Of a stretch of 64,000 nucleotides of DNA, positions 17,886 through 26,584 are shown piece after piece. How positions within the stretch are numbered: the first letter of the stretch is position 1; each line of letters starts with the position of its first letter. The position numbers were made by a program, and so were the translations under genes. The DNA is taken from assembly GCA_964574595.1 (NCBI GenBank), contig CAZNOF010000003.1:9715-73714 (forward strand). Direction: 5' to 3'. Under the pieces are notes generated by a model. The model had not been told where the DNA came from. It did no database searches and was given only the letters and a program-made list of their open reading frames with translations. Source of the DNA: an uncultured Pseudomonadales bacterium. GTDB lineage: Bacteria > Patescibacteriota > Microgenomatia > UBA1400 > PJMF01.

Positions 17886-18637
17886 TAGTTGTTTCTCCTT
17901 GAACCATTTTGACGTTGCATTTCTGTGAGTAAGTCATTAATGAAGGCAGTAACTTGGCTTGGGTAAGGGACATCTTCAAATTCAAACTCGTCTGTCGCAG
18001 CTGCCGTTTGAATCACCACGGTTCCAAAATCAAAAATAGCCCCTAAGCTTCCGCTGGTGGTGAAGTTAATGTCTTCAATTTTGTCAAACTTGGCATAAGA
18101 AATATTCTTGAACAGCAAAGATTTAAAATCCACATCAATCACTCTTTCGTCTGTGATGATGTAGCAGTTGAAAAACCAACTTAAAAAGGACTCTAAACTA
18201 AATCCAATAATCATCATGTACCAGGCGACTCCCGCTACAACATGGAATTGCAGTGGTAAGAAACTCAGCACATTCACAAATGACAGTAAGAACGGGACAA
18301 ATGCCATGATGGCGGCAATAACCACCCACTTAACTTGAGTAACTGGATGTTGTCTGAGGAGTAATAAGACTGTCTCGTCACTATCGACGGTATCGAAAAA
18401 GGTATTGACTGGCTTTGGAGCAAAGGCCCGGAATGGATTTCTGGCTGGTTTTTCTTTCACCATCACTTGAGAATATTCATCAACGGAACGGTTTTTGAGG
18501 GGTGAATCACTGCTCACATATGGCAGGGTGGATTCTTCTGAATCTGGCTCAACAACTGGTTGGTCAGCAAGGTCGGCCTCAGGTGATTTGGCTTTTTTGG
18601 ATTTTAGATCGCGTTTGGAGTCAAACACCTCTGGCAT
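17885..18637 (-). CDS. Membrane protein with bacterial PH (bPH_2/DUF304, YdbS/YdbT-like) domain
   Basis: Two TM helices followed by YIITDERVIDVDFKSLLFKNISYAKFDKIEDINF, typical of bPH_2 domains. Confidence 0.5.
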   Translation of the reverse strand: MPEVFDSKRDLKSKKAKSPEADLADQPVVEPDSEESTLPYVSSDSPLKNRSVDEYSQVMVKEKPARNPFRAFAPKPVNTFFDTVDSDETVLLLLRQHPVTQVKWVVIAAIMAFVPFLLSFVNVLSFLPLQFHVVAGVAWYMMIIGFSLESFLSWFFNCYIITDERVIDVDFKSLLFKNISYAKFDKIEDINFTTSGSLGAIFDFGTVVIQTAAATDEFEFEDVPYPSQVTAFINDLLTEMQRQNGSRRNN

Positions 18638-18654
18638 AATGATTTGATTATACT

Positions 18655-20448
18655 TTATCTTTCTAAAATTGCCATGAAAGCTTCTTGGTTTAAAGTCACT
18701 TTCCCGATTTCCTTCATCTTCTTTTTACCCTTGGCTTGCTTGTTCAACAACTTCATTCTTCTGGTGTTGTCACCTCCATATAAATGAGCAGTTACATCTT
18801 TTCGATAGGCGCTGAGCGTCTCTCGAGCCACGACTTTGCCACCAATCGCAGCCTGGATTGGAATCTCAAATAACTGGCGATCAATCACGTCTTTCAGTTT
18901 CTTGACGACTAATCTGCCAATCTGCTCGGCAGACTCGCGAATCACGATCACTGATAAGGCTTCAATTACCTCACCTTGGACAATAATTGAAAGTTTCACA
19001 GCATCAATTGGTACAAAATTCAGAACTTCATATTCTAATGAGGCAAATCCAGAAGAAACTGATTTTAATTGGTCATGAAATTGAATAATAATCTCTGCCA
19101 ATGGCATCTTATACTCAATTTTCACTCGAGTACCAATATCTTGAACACTCAGTAAAATACCGCGGTGCTCTTCTGCCAACTGCATAACTCCACCTAAGTA
19201 CACTTTGGGCGTAAAAATAATGGCATGGGTAATTGGTTCACGAATTTCTTTAATTTGAGCGGGATCCGGCATTTCGGCTGGGGTTTTAATCTCCATGGTT
19301 TTGCCATTTGTGAGTGTCAATTGATACGTCACTGAAGGAGAGGTGGCAATTAAATCGATATTAAATTCACGATCAAGTCGCTCTCTGACAATTTCAGCAT
19401 GCAAAATACCTAAGAAACCAACTTTCAGGCCATTTCCTAAAGCTGGTGAGTGGGTACTTGAGTATTTTAAAGCAGCATCATCCAGTGATAATTTGCCCAT
19501 CGCATCGACTAAAGCCGTAAAATCATCACCGTCAATTGGATACAGTTCCATATAGACCATTGGCTGAGGCTCTTTATAGCCTGGTAATCGTTCCACTCGT
19601 TTTCGATCTTTTTCAGTTGTAATCGTGTCACCTACTGTGACTTTGACGACTTCTTTGACACCAGTAGAAACGTAACCGACTTCACCGGCTCTCAATTCTT
19701 CCCGAGGAATCATATCTGGTGAGAAAATACCTACATCCACTGGTAAGAAGGTGGTATCGGTTGCCATTAAGTGCAATTTTTCTTTTGTGAGAACACCTTC
19801 AACCACTTTAATGTAGGCAATCACTCCTTTGTGCTGGTCAAACTTGGATGTAAACACTAATGCTCTCAGTGGCACATCAATTAAACCGGCAGGTGGACGA
19901 ACTTTTTCTTTTATTTTGGCGAGTAATTTATCGATATTTAGACCACTCTTGGCGGAAACTGCCACGATGTCATCTTCAGCGACCCCAAACATCTCCATTA
20001 AATCGAGACTGACCGCATCTACGTCAGCAGATGGTAAGTCAATTTTGTTAATCACTGGAATAATGTTTAAACCAAGGGCTTTGGCTTTTTCGTAGTTTGA
20101 GAGCGTTTGGGCTTGGACACCTTGAGTCGCATCAACCACCAACAAAGCACCTTCACAGGCGGCTAAAGAACGGCTGACTTCGTATCCAAAGTCAACATGT
20201 CCTGGTGTATCAATCAAATTGTAAATAAAGCCTTCGTAATCCATTCGGACAGGGGCTAATTTAATCGTAATGCCACGCTCTTTTTCGATAGGGTTACTAT
20301 CCATTAAGCGTTCAACAAAATTTCTCTCTTCTACAGTGTGGGTATATTCAAGTAAACGGTCAGTTAAGGTCGTTTTACCATGATCAATATGAGCAATGAT
20401 TGAAAAATTGCGAATCACTTGCGTGGACAAGGGCTTTTGGTCCACCAT
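18655..20448 (-). CDS. lepA: Elongation factor 4 (LepA)
   Basis: IIAHIDHGKTTLTDRLL G1 motif, DTPGHVDF, NKID and the LepA-specific C-terminal domain; 597 aa. Confidence 0.92.
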   Translation of the reverse strand: MVDQKPLSTQVIRNFSIIAHIDHGKTTLTDRLLEYTHTVEERNFVERLMDSNPIEKERGITIKLAPVRMDYEGFIYNLIDTPGHVDFGYEVSRSLAACEGALLVVDATQGVQAQTLSNYEKAKALGLNIIPVINKIDLPSADVDAVSLDLMEMFGVAEDDIVAVSAKSGLNIDKLLAKIKEKVRPPAGLIDVPLRALVFTSKFDQHKGVIAYIKVVEGVLTKEKLHLMATDTTFLPVDVGIFSPDMIPREELRAGEVGYVSTGVKEVVKVTVGDTITTEKDRKRVERLPGYKEPQPMVYMELYPIDGDDFTALVDAMGKLSLDDAALKYSSTHSPALGNGLKVGFLGILHAEIVRERLDREFNIDLIATSPSVTYQLTLTNGKTMEIKTPAEMPDPAQIKEIREPITHAIIFTPKVYLGGVMQLAEEHRGILLSVQDIGTRVKIEYKMPLAEIIIQFHDQLKSVSSGFASLEYEVLNFVPIDAVKLSIIVQGEVIEALSVIVIRESAEQIGRLVVKKLKDVIDRQLFEIPIQAAIGGKVVARETLSAYRKDVTAHLYGGDNTRRMKLLNKQAKGKKKMKEIGKVTLNQEAFMAILER

Positions 20449-20454
20449 GAGATC

Positions 20455-20694
20455 CTACTTTGTCTTTAATAAACGAGCAATTTGACTCTTCATGTGAGCA
20501 GCTTTTTTCTTGTGGAAAACGTTAATTTTAGCAGCTCGATCAATTGCAGAAAATGCTTTTGAAACGGTTTCGGTGGTTGGAGTTTTTTTAGCAGCATCAA
20601 GCATGGTTTTAACACGTGACTTGGCTGGTTGACGAATTGCTGCTTTGCGACCACTCACTCTAAGAGCTTTTTTTGCGTTTTTTAAAATTGGCAT
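20455..20694 (-). CDS. rpsT: 30S ribosomal protein S20
   Basis: 79-aa basic protein MPILKNAKKALRVSGRKAAIRQPAKSRVKT..., canonical S20. Confidence 0.85.
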   Translation of the reverse strand: MPILKNAKKALRVSGRKAAIRQPAKSRVKTMLDAAKKTPTTETVSKAFSAIDRAAKINVFHKKKAAHMKSQIARLLKTK

Positions 20695-20800
20695 AAGACC
20701 TTTATTCTATATAAAATTCGGTAGCCTTGGATTGTACAAGATAACAGCCTAAATTTCAAATCCTCTTTTCTAGTTTTATTCAAGAAGTCTTCCCCCTATA

Positions 20801-22516
20801 ATGGCTTTGTTACGCGAAGGGCATATGTTTAAGTTTCCAAGAAGGCTTTTTTCATCCGATTGGCTCGAGAAGCAGCAGAGCACCATTTTATCAGCTGCCG
20901 CAGTGGTTATGATCGCCAATGTGGCCTCTGCTATATCTGGATTAGTCCGTCAACGACTGATTTTGAGTGTTTTCTTAAGTACTGAGAAAAGTGCTTACGC
21001 AGCCTACACCGTCTCGTCAACGCTGCCAGATATCGTTTTCCAATTTATCATTCTAGGTGCCCTCTCGGCTTCATTTATTCCGATTTTCAGTCAATATCAA
21101 AAACAAAGTGAAGAAGAAGCCTACAAAATGACTTCTTCAATGATGAACGTGCTGTTATTCATCTTTTTGATCTTCTCGGTTATCGTGTTCATCTTTGCTG
21201 CCCCAATCACTCGAGCTGTAACCGGCAAAGGCTTTACCGCCGAGCAAATCGAAATTTCCGCCAATTTGACCAGAATTATGCTTGGCGCCCAGTTTTTCTT
21301 TGCCATTTCTAACTTTTTTACCGGGATTTTGCAGACTCATCGTCGATTTGTTATCCCAGCTATTGCTCCCCTGGTTTATAACCTTGGTATTTTACTTGGT
21401 GTATACATTTTCTCCGGGAAATTTGGTATCTACTCTACAGGAATTGGTGTAGTGATTGGAGCCTTCCTGCACATGGCCATCCAGCTACCGCTGGTATACA
21501 AGATGGGCTTTCGTTATCGATTAAACTTCAATTTTAGACATCCAGGAATCAAGACCATGTTTAAGTTGACTCCACCAAGAGTCATTACTTTAGGTATTAA
21601 TCAATTTCAGGATCTGGCTGATAACTTCTTTGCCACATCGATTGTGGTTGGTGAGTTTGCCCAACTCAGCGTGGTCGTCATAACTTTGGCGCAGCAGCTA
21701 ATGACCTTGCCCATCCGCTTCTTTGGCGCTCCAATTGCTCAAGCAGCCTTGCCGTTCCTAGTCACCGAAGCTGAAAAGAGTGACTTAACAAATTTCCGAG
21801 ATCTGCTCCTGAAATCGATTCACCAGGTTTCGTTCTTCGTCTTCCCAGCCTCAATTTTGCTTTTGATCTTACGCATTCCGGTCGTCCGTATTGTCTATGG
21901 AACTGGTAGTTTCCCATGGCAAACCACAGTTCTCACAGCCAGAATTGTTGGAATCATCGCTATTTCTATTACTGCTCAATCAATCGTTCAAGTTTTAATT
22001 CGCGCCTTTTATGCGTTAAAGAATACCCGGACACCATTCATTATTACTTGTTTCACAGTCGGTTTGTATGTGACCTTGAACTGGATTTTCATCTTTATGA
22101 TGCAAATCGGAGTGGTTGGTATGGCGATTGCCATCACGATCACCGCCTTTGTTGAAATGTTCTTGTTCCTCCTTTTCCTGAACCGCCGAGTCAAAGGGAT
22201 GCTTGGAAAGTCTTTCTGGATTCCACAAATAAAAATGTTGATGGCCAGCTTTTTAATGGCAATCTTCTTATACTTACCGTTCAGAATTTTGGATGAATTA
22301 GTCTTTAATACCAGCAGGACAATCGAACTGATCCTTTTGACGATTTCTACATCCACTATTGGTATGCTAGTCTATATATACTTCGCATTGCTTTTTGACG
22401 TTTCGGAACTGTATATGATCCGTTCCGTAATGAATAAGTTCGGCACTTGGGGCAAGATTCTGTCCCGAAGCCAAGAAGTTGTTTTAGAGTCACCAATGGG
22501 CAATGAAGAAGTGTAA
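20801..22516 (+). CDS. murJ: Lipid II flippase MurJ (MviN family)
   Basis: 571 aa, about 14 TM helices, MOP-superfamily MurJ pattern; divergent from rpsT. Confidence 0.8.
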   Translation: MALLREGHMFKFPRRLFSSDWLEKQQSTILSAAAVVMIANVASAISGLVRQRLILSVFLSTEKSAYAAYTVSSTLPDIVFQFIILGALSASFIPIFSQYQKQSEEEAYKMTSSMMNVLLFIFLIFSVIVFIFAAPITRAVTGKGFTAEQIEISANLTRIMLGAQFFFAISNFFTGILQTHRRFVIPAIAPLVYNLGILLGVYIFSGKFGIYSTGIGVVIGAFLHMAIQLPLVYKMGFRYRLNFNFRHPGIKTMFKLTPPRVITLGINQFQDLADNFFATSIVVGEFAQLSVVVITLAQQLMTLPIRFFGAPIAQAALPFLVTEAEKSDLTNFRDLLLKSIHQVSFFVFPASILLLILRIPVVRIVYGTGSFPWQTTVLTARIVGIIAISITAQSIVQVLIRAFYALKNTRTPFIITCFTVGLYVTLNWIFIFMMQIGVVGMAIAITITAFVEMFLFLLFLNRRVKGMLGKSFWIPQIKMLMASFLMAIFLYLPFRILDELVFNTSRTIELILLTISTSTIGMLVYIYFALLFDVSELYMIRSVMNKFGTWGKILSRSQEVVLESPMGNEEV

Positions 22517-22533
22517 AATGAAATTGCGTTAAA

Positions 22534-23082
22534 ATGAAAAAGCCTGCCAACATCAATATAAATCTTTTACCAAAAGATCCTTTTTTAACCAGTACGGCTG
22601 GTCGATTTTTGCAATGGGTTTTGACTGTTGGCCGCTACTTAGTGGTTTTCACCGAGCTAATCGTGATTATCAGTTTTGGATCACGCTTCACGCTTGATCG
22701 CAGAGTCACTGATTTAAATAGTGGCATCTTGCAACGCAGTACCATCATTGCTTCGTATGGTGACTTGGAAGGAAAAGTTCGTGAAATTCAAAAGAAGACA
22801 GAAAGTTACGTTCAGGTGGAACAGAAGCAAAGCTTGGCCGACGCCTTTCCAGCCTTATCTGAAATCACTCCTCGCGATGTCACGCTCATCAACTTAACAA
22901 TCCAACCTGGAGCTGTCAGTTTCTCAGGAAGAACCAACTCTACAACTTCATTAAACTTGTTAATTAACAACTTGGTTCTTTCTAATAAATTCGCAGACGT
23001 CTCAGTTGAGCGACTTACTTCTGGAACAGCGCAAGATCCAGGATTCACTTTTAAGATAAACGCGACGGTGAAAGCAAAATGA
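22534..23082 (+). CDS. Type IV pilus assembly protein PilN-like (bitopic)
   Basis: N-terminus MKKPANININLLPKD (PilN INLLP motif) then a single TM and periplasmic domain. Confidence 0.5.
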   Translation: MKKPANININLLPKDPFLTSTAGRFLQWVLTVGRYLVVFTELIVIISFGSRFTLDRRVTDLNSGILQRSTIIASYGDLEGKVREIQKKTESYVQVEQKQSLADAFPALSEITPRDVTLINLTIQPGAVSFSGRTNSTTSLNLLINNLVLSNKFADVSVERLTSGTAQDPGFTFKINATVKAK

Positions 23083-23717
23083 CATCAAGAAGAAGCCAAA
23101 TTACCACCACTCTTTTACAGTTTTACGAAAAGCCTGTAGCAAAGGTATCTTCTGAACTTTTGTTCTCTATTTTTGCGGTGATCTTTTTTGCCGTATTTGC
23201 GATCAGACCCACAATTTTAACCATGTCTGATTTGATTAAAGAAATTAACGATAAACAAGCTTTGGAAGATCAGCTAACTCAAAAGATTGCTGCCCTTTCT
23301 ACAGTTCAGACTCAGTACTTAAATGAGCAAGAACGCTTGAAGGTTTTAGATGCTGCCCTGCCTTCAACTCCAGATTTGCAAGGAGCTCTTTTACTAATTG
23401 AAAAAACTGCCAGCGAAAATAATATTGCCATTTTGGAAATGGAAGCCAAAGAAGTTCCTCAGCAAGACCCGACTACTATCGACTTCTCCAAAAAAGCTCG
23501 TTTAAGTAAGCCATTGTTAATCAATATTACTGGTACATATCCAGATATTGCGCAATTTGTTGAGGGGATCAGGAATTTACGTAGAGAAATGGTGATCGAG
23601 TCCGTCTCTTTCACCCTGGCCGATGCTCAAGGAAAGAAACAACTATCAGCGAAAGTAACCGTCAGTTTGCAGTATTTTGGAGTTCAGTCGTCAGTACCAG
23701 GAGCAGCGACCAAATAA
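23079..23717 (+). CDS. Type IV pilus assembly protein PilO-like (bitopic, coiled-coil)
   Basis: Short N-terminus, TM (LFSIFAVIFFAVFAI), coiled-coil, then a C-terminal domain; translationally coupled to the pilN-like gene (4-nt overlap). Confidence 0.45.
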   Translation: MTSRRSQITTTLLQFYEKPVAKVSSELLFSIFAVIFFAVFAIRPTILTMSDLIKEINDKQALEDQLTQKIAALSTVQTQYLNEQERLKVLDAALPSTPDLQGALLLIEKTASENNIAILEMEAKEVPQQDPTTIDFSKKARLSKPLLINITGTYPDIAQFVEGIRNLRREMVIESVSFTLADAQGKKQLSAKVTVSLQYFGVQSSVPGAATK

Positions 23718-23724
23718 AGTAATT

Positions 23725-24171
23725 ATGGAAATGAAGACCACACTTAAATCACTCAATAATCAGCAAACTTTTCTCAAGTTACTGATCTTCTCATTTGTGA
23801 CAGTCATGATTTGGATCGGCTTTAGTATTTTTTCATCTCAACAAAAACCACAAATTTCTGAAGAGCTGCAAAAAATGGCCATTCCGCTCAGTCCACATAT
23901 TGATATGGATGTAATTAGTCGAATCGAACAAAAGAAAAGTTACACTGATGCAGAACTAGAGAATTTCACTATTTTTGTCGTTACTACTGACAGATCTGGA
24001 GCCCAAATCATTTCCACAAAAGACGGCTCTCCAGTGAATGCGCAGCAGACTCAACAAAGCCAAAGTACCCCTGCCATAACCTCTCCTGCTTCTGGGCTAA
24101 CTACCCCTGCCATAACAGAACCAGCTAGTCCCGCGGTTGCCACCGGCTCCAACGCTGCACTGCAACCCTAA
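23725..24171 (+). CDS. hypothetical membrane-anchored protein with C-terminal TPAIT(S/E)PAS repeats (possible pilus-assembly accessory)
   Basis: Start trimmed to ATG 23725 after the pilO stop; TM FLKLLIFSFVTVMIWIGFSIF; repeated TPAITSPASGLTTPAITEPASPA. Confidence 0.4.
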   Translation: MEMKTTLKSLNNQQTFLKLLIFSFVTVMIWIGFSIFSSQQKPQISEELQKMAIPLSPHIDMDVISRIEQKKSYTDAELENFTIFVVTTDRSGAQIISTKDGSPVNAQQTQQSQSTPAITSPASGLTTPAITEPASPAVATGSNAALQP

Positions 24172-24246
24172 GTCTTCGTGTCTTCTTCGCGTTGCGGACT
24201 CTTGTGAATTCACCTACAGTATATAGAGCACTATTGAACAAATTTA

Positions 24247-25821
24247 GTGAGATTTGTAATTATAATGAAAAAAACGTTTACACAGCGACAAATTCCTACT
24301 CTGTTAGGTATGGTAATTTTAATTGCTGCATTGGTAGGCGGAATTTTCTTTATTGGTCAAGGCGGTGGTGTGTTCGCTCCTCGAGCTACTGCTCAAACTA
24401 CTCCCAAAAAAGTGACTGTTAGTAATGTGAAGGATGATAGTTTCACTATTTCCTTTTTAACCGATGATGCAACCGCTGGTTTTGTAAAGTACGGCACAAC
24501 CGCCGATGCCCTGCAATCCCAGGCAAGTGATGACCGTGACCAATTCTCTGGCAGTGTTGGACAATTCACCACTCACCACATTACGATTCACGATTTACAA
24601 CCAGGCACCACCTATTACTACACACTCGGAACCACCGCTTCTTCTAAATACGATAACAACGGCGCTCCTTATTCGACAAAAACCACACCCAAAAGTGGCA
24701 CCTTACCTATTGCCAAAACAATCTACGGCACAGTGAATACCAGTTCAGGCAGTCCTGCCGCGGGATCCATTGTCTATGTCAACTTAGATGGCGCCTATCA
24801 ACTTTCAGCCTTAACCAAAGACTCTGGGAGTTGGGCAATTCCATTAGCCAACGCTCGATCTGCAACAACAGGTGAGTACCGCGCGGTCAATCCGACCGAT
24901 CAATTAGCCGTGACCATTCAAGGCGTAGATGTGAATCTGACAAGTACCCTAACTACGTCAGTAGAAAATGCTCAACCGGTTACCACTGTAACCCTAGGAC
25001 AAGATCAAGTGAATCAAAACTCAGGTGCTGGCACAACCCAAGCAGACAATAGTGCAACTTCACCCACTGTTTCTTCATCACCTGTGGCTTCGCCGATGAG
25101 CTCAGCTTCTCCTAGTAGTTTGGCTGGTTCAGACAGCCTGGGGAGTTTAACTAACTCAGGAGTTGCTTACCAAGTTCCTAATGACACTTCTGTCAGTACT
25201 ACCAGTTCTGGCACACAACTTACCACACAAACACCAATCGATACGGTCGTTGAAGTAAACACGGTTAAAACTGAAACAGTTCAAACGGATCAACCAGTTA
25301 TTCAAGGAAAAGCTGTTCCTAATGTACTTGTAAGTGTTGAAATTCACTCTGAAGCTGCCATCAACACCCAAGTTCAGACAGACAGTCAAGGCAACTATAG
25401 TGTGGATCTTCAGCAACTAGAAAAGCAGCTTGAGCCAGGTCAACATACCATCACCGTCACATACACAGATCCAAACACCAATAAGTCGGTCACTCAAACC
25501 AAAACATTTACGGTGCAAAGCCAAGGATTGATTGCTGCTGCCAACCCTTCTCCAACACCGTACAGTACCAATAATCCGTTTGTAATCGCCACTCCTTCCC
25601 CAACTCCAATTATTGCCACTGAGTCCGCCTCACCAACTCCAACTTTGGTGGCCACAACTTCTACTGTTATCTCAAAAGTAAGTACCACCAGTGCTATGCC
25701 AAGATCTGGATCAGCAACAACAACCTTCCTGTTAATTGGAGGCGGTTTGTTCTTTATCCTCGCCGGTGGCTTCAGCTACTGGGTTACTGCTCGACAATTA
25801 GATCCCCAAGATTTAGGATAA
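24247..25821 (+). CDS. Cell-surface protein: N-terminal anchor/signal, FN3-like domain, CarbopepD_reg-like and Ig-like domains, S/T/P-rich stalk, C-terminal sorting-signal-like tail (MPRSG plus hydrophobic segment)
   Basis: FN3-type motif LQPGTTYYYTLGTT; IYGTVNTSSGSPAAGSIVYV; S/T/P-rich region; C-terminus AMPRSGSATTTFLLIGGGLFFILAGG... Confidence 0.6.
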   Translation: MRFVIIMKKTFTQRQIPTLLGMVILIAALVGGIFFIGQGGGVFAPRATAQTTPKKVTVSNVKDDSFTISFLTDDATAGFVKYGTTADALQSQASDDRDQFSGSVGQFTTHHITIHDLQPGTTYYYTLGTTASSKYDNNGAPYSTKTTPKSGTLPIAKTIYGTVNTSSGSPAAGSIVYVNLDGAYQLSALTKDSGSWAIPLANARSATTGEYRAVNPTDQLAVTIQGVDVNLTSTLTTSVENAQPVTTVTLGQDQVNQNSGAGTTQADNSATSPTVSSSPVASPMSSASPSSLAGSDSLGSLTNSGVAYQVPNDTSVSTTSSGTQLTTQTPIDTVVEVNTVKTETVQTDQPVIQGKAVPNVLVSVEIHSEAAINTQVQTDSQGNYSVDLQQLEKQLEPGQHTITVTYTDPNTNKSVTQTKTFTVQSQGLIAAANPSPTPYSTNNPFVIATPSPTPIIATESASPTPTLVATTSTVISKVSTTSAMPRSGSATTTFLLIGGGLFFILAGGFSYWVTARQLDPQDLG

Positions 25822-25862
25822 CAGCTATTATTGATCAGTCTGCCAGACTCTTAAGATGTGCC

Positions 25863-26489
25863 GTGCCAAAAGTTGCTTTTATTGTGTCTCCCTATTACTT
25901 CAGTTCTCAGAAACGCTTATTTGACGTTTTTTTTACATTGCTCGTTTTGATTATTTCTCTGCCACTTCTATGCTTGATTGCACTGGTGATTTTTGTTGAC
26001 TCGGGATTGCCAATTATCTTCAAACAAAAACGAAAAGGACAGCTTGAGCAACCTTTCACTCTCTATAAATTGAGAACCATGAAACTTCACACACACGCTT
26101 CAAAAAAAGAGCTTTATAAGCACAACCAGGCACCATATCCCATGTTTAAGATGGCGAATGATCCCAGATATACCAGTATTGGCAAGCTCCTATCCCGATC
26201 CGGTTTAGACGAACTGCCTCAGTTGCTCAATATTTTAAAAGGTGAGATGAGCTGGGTAGGTCCTCGGCCATTACCCATTGAGGAAGCAAAACTGTTAGGG
26301 AAAGATTGGGACTTCAGATATCTTGTAAAACCAGGGATTATTTCTGAATGGGCAGTTAATAGCTCACGATATGAAAGCTTGAAAAAATGGAAGCAGTTAG
26401 AAGTTGAAACCTTAGAAAAAGGCAGTTTGAGAAATGATATTCAGCTCATTTTCAGAACTCTGCGATATCTGACAGCACTAAATTCGTAG
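25863..26489 (+). CDS. Bacterial sugar transferase (WbaP/EpsL-type polyprenyl-phosphate hexose-1-phosphate transferase C-domain)
   Basis: PF02397-like pattern: LFDVFFTLLVLIISLPLL TM, KFRTM-like YKLRTMK, WVGPRPLPIEE. Confidence 0.75.
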   Translation: MPKVAFIVSPYYFSSQKRLFDVFFTLLVLIISLPLLCLIALVIFVDSGLPIIFKQKRKGQLEQPFTLYKLRTMKLHTHASKKELYKHNQAPYPMFKMANDPRYTSIGKLLSRSGLDELPQLLNILKGEMSWVGPRPLPIEEAKLLGKDWDFRYLVKPGIISEWAVNSSRYESLKKWKQLEVETLEKGSLRNDIQLIFRTLRYLTALNS

Positions 26490-26584
26490 CTACCAGATCT
26501 AGCTTCGGATTTTCTTCTCTATTGACTTAGCCTAGTAATTTCACGTATTGTTACTTATATACTTTTTACCTGTGGTTACCCTGT

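Noticed and set aside
24192-24736. ORFs 24192-24422 and 24506-24736 overlapping the FN3 surface-protein gene in other frames
   Set aside because: Out-of-frame overlaps with a long coherent ORF; no independent support.
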